A stretch of 64,000 nucleotides of DNA from Deltaproteobacteria bacterium RIFCSPHIGHO2_02_FULL_44_16 (GTDB taxonomy: Bacteria; UBA10199; 2-02-FULL-44-16): contig MGRM01000005.1 of assembly GCA_001798185.1 (NCBI GenBank), forward strand, positions 19,925 through 83,924, read 5' to 3'. The notes under the pieces are model-generated. The model ran no database searches. It saw nothing but the letters and a program-made list of their open reading frames with translations, and had not been told where the DNA came from. The position numbers and the translations under genes are program-made. Every line of letters starts with the position of its first letter. Position 1 is the first letter of the stretch. Below are positions 55,789 through 64,000 of the stretch, piece after piece.

Positions 55789-56500
55789 AATCGGCTTTGC
55801 TCTTTTCGCACTTCTTGTTGCGAGTCCCGTGTTGATTCCAGTTTTAATTCTGGTTTGGCTGCAGGATTTTCACTCTCCTTTTTACATTGCTCCACGCGTC
55901 GGAAAGGGCTGTTGCCCTTTTCAGATGCTCAAAATACGATCCATGGTTGTGAATGCCGATAAGTCTGGTGTTGATTCAACCTCATCAAGTGATCGGCGCA
56001 TTACTCCCGTTGGAAAGTTTATCCGCGCTTATAAATTGGATGAAGTGGCACAGCTTTGGAGCGTTCTTCTTGGATATATGTCATTGGTAGGCCCACGGCC
56101 AAATGTGCCGCGTGAAGTGGATCTTTATACCGAGGTGGAAAAACGTTTGCTTTCGGTAAATCCTGGCATTACCGATTTTGCGTCGATTGTTTTTGCGGAC
56201 GAAGGAGAAATTTTACGCGAGAGTAAAGATCCAGATTTGGACTATCATCAACTCATCCGTCCCTGGAAAAGTCGACTGGGGCTTTTTTACATTGACAGAA
56301 GTGGTTTTTTCCTTGACCTCCAATTAATTGCTTTCACCGTGGTAGCGATTTTTTCGCGCCAGCGAGCTCTTGAGAAGGTGCAGAAATTGTTAGTGAAACT
56401 GGGTGCAGATCAAGAACTCTGCCAGGTTGCAGCAAGAAGAGCTCAATTAATTCCTCATGCTCCACCAGGAGCGACACATATTGTGATGACCAGAACATGA
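55769..56500 (+). CDS. Bacterial sugar transferase (PglC/WbaP C-terminal-like polyprenyl-phosphate hexose-1-phosphate transferase).
   Basis: LKRIFEIGFALFALLVASPVLIP is a re-entrant helix. KIRSM..NAD...SS.DRRITPVGKFIR and VGPRP are sugar transferase motifs. Confidence 0.8.
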   Translation: MLKRIFEIGFALFALLVASPVLIPVLILVWLQDFHSPFYIAPRVGKGCCPFQMLKIRSMVVNADKSGVDSTSSSDRRITPVGKFIRAYKLDEVAQLWSVLLGYMSLVGPRPNVPREVDLYTEVEKRLLSVNPGITDFASIVFADEGEILRESKDPDLDYHQLIRPWKSRLGLFYIDRSGFFLDLQLIAFTVVAIFSRQRALEKVQKLLVKLGADQELCQVAARRAQLIPHAPPGATHIVMTRT

Positions 56501-58344
56501 ATAAACTGACTTTAAAATCTCTGTTTCTCGTTTCTTGCGACGTCCTTTTTTTAACGACTGCTTTCCTTCTGAGCTGCTTTTTGGTCGATTTTCCCATCGT
56601 TCATTTTTTGCGGCCACTTCTCTTTTTGTGGCCTCTGTTGTTGGCAGCGCATATCGCTCTTTTTGTGAAATGCGGACTTTATCGCGCGAGCCTTCGATAT
56701 GCGAGTGTGGACTTTGTAGCGACTATTTTCAAAGCAGTGACCATGGGGATTTTTTTAGTCATTCTGACACTCTATGCTGTTCATATTCAGCTCTCTTTGC
56801 GCGTGCTTTTTTTGTCGTGGCTTTTAAGTCTCTTTTTTGTGGGAGGAGTCCGTTTTTCCATTCGATATCTCTTTGATCAGCGTTATATTTTTCGCCGTGG
56901 ACGTCGCGTCCTTGTTTACGGAGCAGGCGATGCCGGCGTTTTAGCGCTTCGTCAGCTTCGCATGAGTCATGAGGTCGCTTATTCTCCTTTGGCATTCTTA
57001 GATGATGATCCTAAAAAGTTGGGAAATACCCTTCAGGGAGTAAAAGTGATTGGCGCTATCGATCGTCTCGAAGCGCTGATCGATGAATTATCGGTGGAAG
57101 AAGTGGTGGTCGCTATTTCAGAAATCAAAGGCGAAAAGTTGCGCAGTATTGTAAAACGTTGCCGACAAAAAGGGGTTGTCTGTCGTATTATCCCCTGTTT
57201 TTCCAAGATGCTCGAGATGGAACCGAAGATGAGAAATATTGAGCTTGCGGATTTAATGCGACGCGCTCCTCGTGATCTCGATAAACATGTTATTCGTCAT
57301 TTTCTTCAAGGAAAGATTGTGCTCGTGACAGGAGCCGCAGGTTCCATTGGGAGCGAACTTGTACGGCAGACGCTGAAGTATGGCCCTCGGCTGATTATTG
57401 CCGTCGATCATTCTGAGTATGGTCTCTATGCCCTTCGTGAAGAACTCGGTGACCATCTGGTACAATATGTTGTTGGAAATGTGACCAATCGTGCAGGGAT
57501 GCAGAGAATTTTTAAAGAGACGGTGCCGGAAATCGTTTTTCATGCAGCGGCATATAAACATGTTCCTCTTTTAGAGAACAATGCTCTTGAAGCTATTTCC
57601 AATAATGTCGGTGGGACGCAAGTGGTTGCAGAACTTGCTGATCTCCATGGAGTTCAAACATTTGTTTTAATTTCAACGGATAAAGCGGTAAAACCATCGA
57701 GTATTATGGGAGCGACAAAAAGAATTTGTGAGCTTTTTGTTCAAAACTTTAACGAACGGAGTAAAACAAAATATGTCTCTGTTCGATTTGGGAATGTCCT
57801 GGGGAGTTCCGGAAGTGTGATTCCGAAATTTCTCAAACAGATTCAAGCTCGGCAAACCGTCACCATCACTCATCCCGAAGCCACGCGTTATTTTATGCTT
57901 ATCGATGAAGCGGTGCAGCTTGTCTTGCAATCTGCAGCGATAGGGCAGGGAGGCGAAATTTTTATTTTGAATATGGGAGAGCCGGTGAAAATTGCAGAGA
58001 TGGCGGAGGACTTGATTTATCTTATGGGTTTTCAACCTCATCGGGATATCTCCATTGAGTCCACGGGGCTAAGGCCCGGTGAAAAAATGGTCGAAGAACT
58101 TTTTCATGATGAAATGGAAGAAAAAACTCAGTTCGAAGATATTACGATCGGAAGAATGGTGAAGCTTGACTGGGACTTGTTTGTGAGTAAATTGTCGACT
58201 CTTTTTATGCATACGCAATGCGGCGATCATATCGAAGCCGTAGAGGCATTATGGAATATGATTTCAGATGAGAAGCTTGGCGAAGCCACTAAAAAGTCTC
58301 TGGTGAAAGAGATTGAAAGTAATCTGAGAGTTTTGAATTCGTAA
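56497..58344 (+). CDS. Membrane-anchored UDP-N-acetylhexosamine 4,6-dehydratase (CapD/WbpM/PglF family).
   Basis: Four N-terminal transmembrane helices are followed by two Rossmann regions (VYGAGDAG; VTGAAGSIGSEL) and the YKHVP/GATKR catalytic region. Confidence 0.85.
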   Translation: MNKLTLKSLFLVSCDVLFLTTAFLLSCFLVDFPIVHFLRPLLFLWPLLLAAHIALFVKCGLYRASLRYASVDFVATIFKAVTMGIFLVILTLYAVHIQLSLRVLFLSWLLSLFFVGGVRFSIRYLFDQRYIFRRGRRVLVYGAGDAGVLALRQLRMSHEVAYSPLAFLDDDPKKLGNTLQGVKVIGAIDRLEALIDELSVEEVVVAISEIKGEKLRSIVKRCRQKGVVCRIIPCFSKMLEMEPKMRNIELADLMRRAPRDLDKHVIRHFLQGKIVLVTGAAGSIGSELVRQTLKYGPRLIIAVDHSEYGLYALREELGDHLVQYVVGNVTNRAGMQRIFKETVPEIVFHAAAYKHVPLLENNALEAISNNVGGTQVVAELADLHGVQTFVLISTDKAVKPSSIMGATKRICELFVQNFNERSKTKYVSVRFGNVLGSSGSVIPKFLKQIQARQTVTITHPEATRYFMLIDEAVQLVLQSAAIGQGGEIFILNMGEPVKIAEMAEDLIYLMGFQPHRDISIESTGLRPGEKMVEELFHDEMEEKTQFEDITIGRMVKLDWDLFVSKLSTLFMHTQCGDHIEAVEALWNMISDEKLGEATKKSLVKEIESNLRVLNS

Positions 58345-58359
58345 AAAACGGGGTGAAAG

Positions 58360-59406
58360 ATGGATGACATTAATATTTTTGAATACTATCGAATTTTTCG
58401 GGCACGGAGAAACATTTTTTTTCTGACCGTGCTTATGCTCACCGCAATAGGCGTTGTCTATGCCTATCTGCAGCCTACGACTTATTCCGCGACTGCTGAA
58501 ATTCTCCCGGTAGGCGGATCGGAAGCAGGCGGCCTTGCAGCTCTTGCAGCACAGGTTCCTGGATTTGCAGGAATTGGAGGCGCCATGGGGGGTGGAGATA
58601 CTTCAGCAAAAACACTCCTTGCTATTTTAAAAAGTAGGACGCTTGCGGAACAGATCATTCGTCGGAGTCATCTTTTTCAGTATTATTTTGGAAACGATGC
58701 ACAAGAGAGCCCAGACCTTATGGAAGCTGCGGTTTCGATGCTTCTCAGAAGGAACACCGAGTTTTCAAATTCTCTCAAAACAGGAACTATTATTATTCGA
58801 GCCGAATTCAAAGACCCCGCTCTTTCCGCTGATGTTGCAAATGGCTATGTTGAGCTTCTGCAACATTCTCTGCAGAACAATGCTTTTACCAAAGCAAAAC
58901 GTAACCGCTTTTTTATTGAAGAAAGACTTGCTCAAAACAAACGAGAACTTCTTGAAACCGGGAAACGACTGAATGAGTTTTATCAAGAACGACAAGTTTC
59001 GAATGTTGAAGCCAGTGTCGATGTCCCGATTGGCGATGATAATGGTTCTCCTGTGGTGCTGGCAGAACTTGAAAAGTTGGAAAAAGAAAAAGGAGAGTTG
59101 AAACAGAAAATTCTCATTATTAAAGATATTCCTCAGCAGATCTACTTGGAATATGTTGCTCAACAAAAAGAGATTTTTGCAAAAATGAATATTTTGCTTT
59201 CTCAACAATTTGAAATGGCAAAGATTGAAGAAGCGAAGGAAGATTTAGCATTTCAAATCATTGATCCTGCTCGAAAACCAGTTGGTCGATCTAGTCCCAA
59301 TCGAAAACTTATTTTTTATCTTTCTTTCTTTGCCTCTCTCTTTATGGGGATTTTTCTTGTCTTTGTGACTGAATATATTGTTCGTGTGAAAAGAGGCCAA
59401 ATCTAA
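58360..59406 (+). CDS. Wzz-like polysaccharide chain-length determinant (PCP family).
   Basis: An N-terminal transmembrane helix, a coiled-coil-rich periplasmic region and a C-terminal transmembrane helix are present. Confidence 0.55.
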   Translation: MDDINIFEYYRIFRARRNIFFLTVLMLTAIGVVYAYLQPTTYSATAEILPVGGSEAGGLAALAAQVPGFAGIGGAMGGGDTSAKTLLAILKSRTLAEQIIRRSHLFQYYFGNDAQESPDLMEAAVSMLLRRNTEFSNSLKTGTIIIRAEFKDPALSADVANGYVELLQHSLQNNAFTKAKRNRFFIEERLAQNKRELLETGKRLNEFYQERQVSNVEASVDVPIGDDNGSPVVLAELEKLEKEKGELKQKILIIKDIPQQIYLEYVAQQKEIFAKMNILLSQQFEMAKIEEAKEDLAFQIIDPARKPVGRSSPNRKLIFYLSFFASLFMGIFLVFVTEYIVRVKRGQI

Positions 59407-59415
59407 ATTGAGCTG

Positions 59416-61059
59416 TTAAAACTGATATTGAAGCGCCGCGTCTCCCATCACGACATTTTTATTTTCGTTTCTAAAATCGAAGTGTTCAATGTGTTGAAAT
59501 CCTCCTGAGAAACGAAGTAGCAGGTGTTGCGTCATCGACAGTGTACTTCCCAAGCGAGAGATGAGTCTCGTCTCTTTTGCAACTCCCCTCCCACTATCTG
59601 GAAGTCGATCATAATGAATGTAAGTCGTCTCTCCCCAGAGTTCCATTCGTAATCCTATCAACCGCGAAATCCATACGTGATATTCCGTGGCGGCAGGCCC
59701 GCTATCGAGACCAAGAACGCGTCTTTGATGGCTTAATCCCGAAAGATTGGTGGCGTGAGTGTAGGGGATGGTGCGTGCATGACTTGCTTCAAGAAGCAAA
59801 CGCCATTCCCCATCGGGATCTACATGAGGAATCCAAACTCCTCCATGAAAGACTGTATTTTCCAGAAAAAAATCCCATCCTCCAAAATCGAGTGGATCTT
59901 CATCGTAGATATCCAGAAAAATTTCACTTTGCCGCAGAGTTGGAATGCGCCATCGAGCATCCATGCCGAGCACATTATTAAAATCTGTAGGAGCATCTTC
60001 TTCCTTTTTAAAGGGGATCATCAAAAAACGTCCCGACTTCCATCGAAGCCCGACAAGTTCAGCAATAGGTTCAAGGGGAAAAAAATCGGAAGCGCCGCTT
60101 CCTCCGAAAACAACGGCGCGAGAAAGGCCAAATTCGAGATTGTGGAGCGGCTTCATCATGATTCGTCCCCCGAAAATCATGACATGGGGAAAATGTTGAT
60201 CTTTATCGAGGACAGTCCAAAAAAGACGATACTGAAAAGGACCGAGGTGCTTTAAAAACCATGGCAATTGCAATGACTGCGGAGAACCAAGCTCGATCAG
60301 TTCAAGAGGTTTTGTGTTTTCCGAAAAAAGGACCCGTTTGTCTCGTCCTTGTCCCCAGAGAACAGGAGAGCGTCCTATCTTCATCTGAGCGTTACGCCAC
60401 GTGAGTTTGAGATGACCTGAATGGAGATTGGATTGAAACTTCGAGGTACCATCTCGAAGAAATGTTGGCTCTACAGAGATATCGAGAAACTCTCCTGCAG
60501 AAAGGCCTGTTTTCCCCCGTACCAGCATGTTGTGTCCATGTTGATAGGGGATGCCTTCTCGGTACGCTGTCCAAGGACTTGTGAAGCCATCAAGAGAAGC
60601 ATAGGGAAAGTCACGTCGATCGTCTTCGAAAACAACATAATGAAATCCAAGCGATGAAGGAGAGAGCGAGAAACCTTTTCGCGGTTCTTTTTTCTCCTCT
60701 GCTGCGAAAGCAGTTTGATACTGCTGTTTAAAACGATCAAGCACACGAGAGGGCAACGAGGTTGTTGTACATTTTTTGCTGTTTGCTCTTTGTGTCACTT
60801 CGAGATGCTCCTCCATGTCGATGAGAGCTCGGGCCAATGTTTTTTCTGTTAAGATCGCATCTCCGGTGAGGAGACTTGGCATACAACCTGTGGCTCGGAG
60901 AACTTCGAGGCCTTCGGACACTGTCAGAGAAGTATCCATGAGATTATCCTGAGGATGAATATCTGGCGACGCATGAACGAAAGAGGAGAAAAAAAGAAAA
61001 AGAGAGAGAAAACTAAAAAACAATACCTTGTGATGTTTCAAAAAATAGGTCAAAAACAT
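59416..61059 (-). CDS. Secreted outer-membrane beta-barrel protein (possible Wzi-like capsule assembly protein or porin).
   Basis: An N-terminal signal peptide ends in SFVHA-SP. The C-terminus ends in aromatic ...LQYQF, typical of OMPs. The sequence is amphipathic beta-strand rich. Confidence 0.5.
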   Translation of the reverse strand: MFLTYFLKHHKVLFFSFLSLFLFFSSFVHASPDIHPQDNLMDTSLTVSEGLEVLRATGCMPSLLTGDAILTEKTLARALIDMEEHLEVTQRANSKKCTTTSLPSRVLDRFKQQYQTAFAAEEKKEPRKGFSLSPSSLGFHYVVFEDDRRDFPYASLDGFTSPWTAYREGIPYQHGHNMLVRGKTGLSAGEFLDISVEPTFLRDGTSKFQSNLHSGHLKLTWRNAQMKIGRSPVLWGQGRDKRVLFSENTKPLELIELGSPQSLQLPWFLKHLGPFQYRLFWTVLDKDQHFPHVMIFGGRIMMKPLHNLEFGLSRAVVFGGSGASDFFPLEPIAELVGLRWKSGRFLMIPFKKEEDAPTDFNNVLGMDARWRIPTLRQSEIFLDIYDEDPLDFGGWDFFLENTVFHGGVWIPHVDPDGEWRLLLEASHARTIPYTHATNLSGLSHQRRVLGLDSGPAATEYHVWISRLIGLRMELWGETTYIHYDRLPDSGRGVAKETRLISRLGSTLSMTQHLLLRFSGGFQHIEHFDFRNENKNVVMGDAALQYQF

Positions 61060-61090
61060 GTGCTTGGGGTTTTCTCGGCTAGGCCTTTAA

Positions 61091-62722
61091 ATGTCAAGTA
61101 AACGAAAGATGCCATCACCGCGCGAAGAGTTATTAAAGCTTCATCAACGTCTTTATCGACGTAACCGGGACGTGATTGAAAGCTCTGTCTTAGTTGAAGA
61201 GCCTGGTTTTGATCAGTATGAACGTTCGTATTCTCAGTATGTCCGAGATTATCGTACGCTTTCCAGTCATGAACAGATGGTCAAAGCGCTTTTACGCGCG
61301 GATATCATTTATGTTGGCGATTATCATACACTCAATCAATCCCAACGTTCGTTTTTGCGCATTTTAAAAACGACTGTTGTGGAAGATCCCCATTTCATTG
61401 TTGGACTCGAACTCTTTCATGAACGTTACCAACCTTTTATTGATCGTTATCTAGCGGGAAAAATCACGGAAAAAACGTTTCTTCAACGCGTGAAGCTGAA
61501 AGAACATTGGGTTTTTGATTTATGGGAAAATTTTAAACCTATTTTTGATTTTTGTCGTTATCATCATATTCCTATTCAAGCGATTGATGCAGCGCCTTAT
61601 GGATCCACAGTCCGTGAGCGGGATCGTGCCACTGCAAAATTGATTGCTCGATTACAACAAGAACATCCGCAAAAAAAGTTTTTTGTTTTTATTGGAGACT
61701 TGCATATTGCTCCTCCTCATCTTCCCCGTGATGTAAAACGGGAAATGAAAAAAGCGCATCTTTCGTATCGCGACATCATTCTTTATCAAAACAGTGTTCC
61801 GATCTACTGGAAACTTGCAAAAGAAGAACTTCAAGATCGGGTGGAAGTGGTCTACGTCGATGACCGCAGTTACTGTCGCATGCATACTCCGCCGATTATT
61901 GCTCAACAGTCCTATCTCAATTGGCTCGACCATGAAGAGGGTGAAATCGATTATGGAAACGTTCGACAAAGTTTTTTGGAACTCGTCGAGCAAATTTCAA
62001 CTTTTCTCGGAATGCGCATCAAACAAAAAGATTTGGAATCGGTCGAAGTGTTTACCGCTGGAGATTTAAGCTTTTTGAAACGGCTGCGCGAAGCAAAAGT
62101 TTTTTCAAAAGAAGAGATCGAAACCATTAAACATCAAATTCTTTCGAGCGAAAGTTATTTTATTGCGAAAACCCGTTTTGTTTATTTAGCAACGCTCTCT
62201 CTCAATCACGCTGCAGAAGAAGCGTCGCATTTTATGAAGCATGTCTGTTCAGGATCAGAGTCGCCTCGCGAACTCATTGATGCTTTCTATGCCAATATTC
62301 TTCATGAAGCTCTTGGGTTTTGGGGATCGAAAATTATTAATCATAAACGTAAATGTCCCCATGAACAGGATTTTCGCGAACTCGTTGCGTATTTTGAAAG
62401 CATTCATGTTCCAGTGGATCGTCGATTAGAACAGGAATCAGCGCATCTCATTCTGGAATATCTTCGCCACGAGCAAAAAGGGAAGCCGCTTGAATATGCT
62501 GATATTTTTGCGACTCGAATGGATCTGTTTATTTCAGTGACGCATGCGCTTGGATATATGCTGGGAGAAAAGCTTTATTATGGCCTTATGGACAACGTGA
62601 TCAGCAAAAAAGAGATACGCCAACTTTTTTGTCGTGCGTGGCGACAAAAAGGAGAACCGCTCACGGTGTATTGGAAGATAAAAAAGAAATTGCAAACGGT
62701 TCGATTGCCCAAACGAATTTAG
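61091..62722 (+). CDS. ChaN-like (Tiki/TraB/GumN superfamily) domain protein.
   Basis: The N-terminal region (IIYVGDYHTLNQSQRSFLRIL...GLELFHE) resembles the ChaN heme-binding/erythromycin-esterase-like fold. This is a moderate assignment. Confidence 0.4.
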   Translation: MSSKRKMPSPREELLKLHQRLYRRNRDVIESSVLVEEPGFDQYERSYSQYVRDYRTLSSHEQMVKALLRADIIYVGDYHTLNQSQRSFLRILKTTVVEDPHFIVGLELFHERYQPFIDRYLAGKITEKTFLQRVKLKEHWVFDLWENFKPIFDFCRYHHIPIQAIDAAPYGSTVRERDRATAKLIARLQQEHPQKKFFVFIGDLHIAPPHLPRDVKREMKKAHLSYRDIILYQNSVPIYWKLAKEELQDRVEVVYVDDRSYCRMHTPPIIAQQSYLNWLDHEEGEIDYGNVRQSFLELVEQISTFLGMRIKQKDLESVEVFTAGDLSFLKRLREAKVFSKEEIETIKHQILSSESYFIAKTRFVYLATLSLNHAAEEASHFMKHVCSGSESPRELIDAFYANILHEALGFWGSKIINHKRKCPHEQDFRELVAYFESIHVPVDRRLEQESAHLILEYLRHEQKGKPLEYADIFATRMDLFISVTHALGYMLGEKLYYGLMDNVISKKEIRQLFCRAWRQKGEPLTVYWKIKKKLQTVRLPKRI

Positions 62723-62756
62723 GGTCTCGACCCTAGGGTCAAGACCCTAGGTTTCG
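62719..62756. terminator. Tandem palindromic hairpin shared by two convergent genes, a putative bidirectional terminator.
   Basis: ttt-agggtc-tc-gaccct-agggtc-aa-gaccct-agg-tttcg: the stems embed both stop codons. The U-tracts are weak. Confidence 0.35.
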
Positions 62757-64000
62757 TAATATTCTCGTCCCAAATGCGTAATTTGCTCTTCACCCATCAG
62801 ATAGCGAAGCGTATTTTTGAGTTTCATTTCTTGAATGAAAAGATTGTGCTCTGGATAGAGACCAGCGGCAACCATCGGAGATTTGTAATAGAAGGAGAGC
62901 CACTCCTGAATTCCTTTCAGCTTTGCTCGTTTTGCGAGATCCATAAAAAGAGCCAAATCTAAAACCAGAGGAGCTGCGAGAATGGAATCGCGGCAGAGAA
63001 AGTTAACCTTGATTTGCATCGGGTAGCCCATCCATCCAAAGATATCGATGTTGTCCCATCCCTCTTTGTTATCACCTCGTGGAGGATAGTAATGAATGCG
63101 GACTTTGTGATGCATATCGCCATAGAGATCGGGATTGAGATCAGGTTGCAAAATAGTTTCTAAGACAGAGAGCTTGCTCTCTTCTTTTGATTTGAAGGAA
63201 CCAGGATCGTCCAACACTTCTCCATCTCGATTGCCTAAAATATTGGTGGAGAACCAACCATTGAGTCCTAATAAACGGGCACGAAATCCTGGCGCTAAAA
63301 TCGTTTTGATCAACGTTTGACCTGTTTTGAAATCTTTTCCCGAAATAGGAACGCCATTTTTTTCTGCCAGCTCATGGATGGCGGGAGCATCGACCGTTAA
63401 GTTCGGAGCTCCATTGGCATAAGGAATCCCTAATGAGAGAGCTGCATAAGCATACAGCATAGAAGGAGAAATATCCGGATCATTTTGATCGAGTCCTTTT
63501 TCAAAAGCAGCGAGTGTTTGATGCACCGGCTTTACAGCAGTAAAGACCTCGGTCGATCCGCACCAGACCATGACGGAACGTGAGACACGATTGTGGTCTT
63601 CAAATTTTTTGATGTCTGCGATAAGTCCCTCAACCAGTTTACGTTTGGTCGAAGCTTGCTTGGTATGCGTCCCATCGAGTTTTTTGACCCACGTTTTTTC
63701 AAATGCTCCTTTAAAAGGAGAGATTTTCGAGAGAGGTTCTTTGAGTTCTTCTAAATCGTGAGGACGAAGAACCCCGGCTTTTTTTGCAGCTTCATATGCA
63801 TTATCAGGGAAAATATCCCATGCCCCAAAAACAAGGTCGTTTAAATCGGCAAGAGGAACAAAGTCTTTGACTAAAGGACTGCGATGTTCTGTTCTTTTCC
63901 CAAGGCGAATGGTCCCCATTTGGGTTAAAGATCCGATTGGCTTTCGGCCATGATTCCGAATGGCTTCAACCCCGGCTATAAAGGTGGTACTGACAGCGCC
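62747..64000 (-). CDS. myo-Inositol-1-phosphate synthase (bacterial/archaeal type). It is 5'-partial: the frame is open to the window end.
   Basis: NGAPNLTVD, the GDNDG-like region and overall collinearity with about 390-aa MIPS enzymes are seen. Upstream of the Met at 63919 the frame stays open to position 64000 (…VSTTFIAGVEAIRNHGRKPIGSLTQ). Confidence 0.7.
   Translation of the reverse strand, partial: GAVSTTFIAGVEAIRNHGRKPIGSLTQMGTIRLGKRTEHRSPLVKDFVPLADLNDLVFGAWDIFPDNAYEAAKKAGVLRPHDLEELKEPLSKISPFKGAFEKTWVKKLDGTHTKQASTKRKLVEGLIADIKKFEDHNRVSRSVMVWCGSTEVFTAVKPVHQTLAAFEKGLDQNDPDISPSMLYAYAALSLGIPYANGAPNLTVDAPAIHELAEKNGVPISGKDFKTGQTLIKTILAPGFRARLLGLNGWFSTNILGNRDGEVLDDPGSFKSKEESKLSVLETILQPDLNPDLYGDMHHKVRIHYYPPRGDNKEGWDNIDIFGWMGYPMQIKVNFLCRDSILAAPLVLDLALFMDLAKRAKLKGIQEWLSFYYKSPMVAAGLYPEHNLFIQEMKLKNTLRYLMGEEQITHLGREYYET

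Noticed and set aside
1-64000. Searched for CRISPR arrays, tRNA or rRNA genes, transposase/integrase genes and toxin-antitoxin or restriction-modification genes.
   Set aside because: No regularly spaced direct repeats with unique spacers were seen. There are no tRNA-like cloverleaf regions in the tiny intergenic gaps. There are no rRNA signatures and no DDE/tyrosine recombinase motifs. The only repeats are the palindromic or inverted-repeat elements reported above.

Overview
This 64-kb window is almost wholly coding and is a bacterial surface-glycan (LPS O-antigen or capsule type) biosynthesis supercluster. I call about 57 genes, and all but four run on the + strand, many with ATGA or short start/stop overlaps, so it looks like one or a few long operons. 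I identified modules from conserved motifs, in window order:
1. A nonulosonic-acid branch: NeuB-like synthase (5'-truncated by the window edge), a Gfo/Idh/MocA oxidoreductase, a NeuA-like CMP-sugar synthetase and an SDR.
2. A PAPS-synthesis and sulfation module: an unusual pyruvate-kinase-like domain fused to a complete ATP sulfurylase, APS kinase, a GMC oxidoreductase and a PAPS-type sulfotransferase.
3. An Arn/Gtr-like lipid-carrier module: GT2 polyprenyl-phosphate glycosyltransferase, YdjC-type deacetylase, a methyltransferase and a GT-C (PMT/ArnT-like) membrane transferase.
4. A GDP-mannose-derived deoxysugar branch: a sugar C-methyltransferase and two Gmd paralogs.
5. Two Wzx-type flippases, a Wzy/O-antigen-ligase-like protein, a Wzz-like chain-length regulator and an outer-membrane beta-barrel.
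6. A complete decaprenylphosphoryl-arabinose-like donor pathway (HAD-UbiA fusion, DprE1-like FAD oxidase, DprE2-like SDR). It is followed by an FG-GAP lipoprotein, a GT2 and a large polytopic membrane protein that may be GT-C-like.
7. Two paralogous sulfatase-like (alkaline-phosphatase-superfamily) proteins.
8. A phospho-head-group-like module: CDP-alcohol phosphatidyltransferase, GAPDH-like dehydrogenase, HAD hydrolase, a kinase-fold protein, two tandem FkbM methyltransferases and a LicC-like nucleotidyltransferase.
9. The dTDP-rhamnose genes rfbCBDA.
10. A UDP-HexNAc 4,6-dehydratase, a DegT aminotransferase and a PglC/WbaP-like initiating sugar transferase, with a split transketolase pair.
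11. A myo-inositol-1-phosphate synthase truncated at the 3' window edge.
The few intergenic gaps all carry repeats:
- a double-hairpin palindromic element at positions 33-96, 26765-26823 and, as a half-copy, 47426-47452;
- two inverted copies of a roughly 143-bp structured element with terminal inverted repeats (46184-46326 and 52546-52688) flanking the rhamnose cassette;
- a GC-rich core bounded by an 18-bp perfect inverted repeat (53859-53993) abutting the transketolase start.
I saw no rRNA, tRNA, CRISPR array, transposase or integrase. All homology statements rest on motif recognition by eye and no database search was run.
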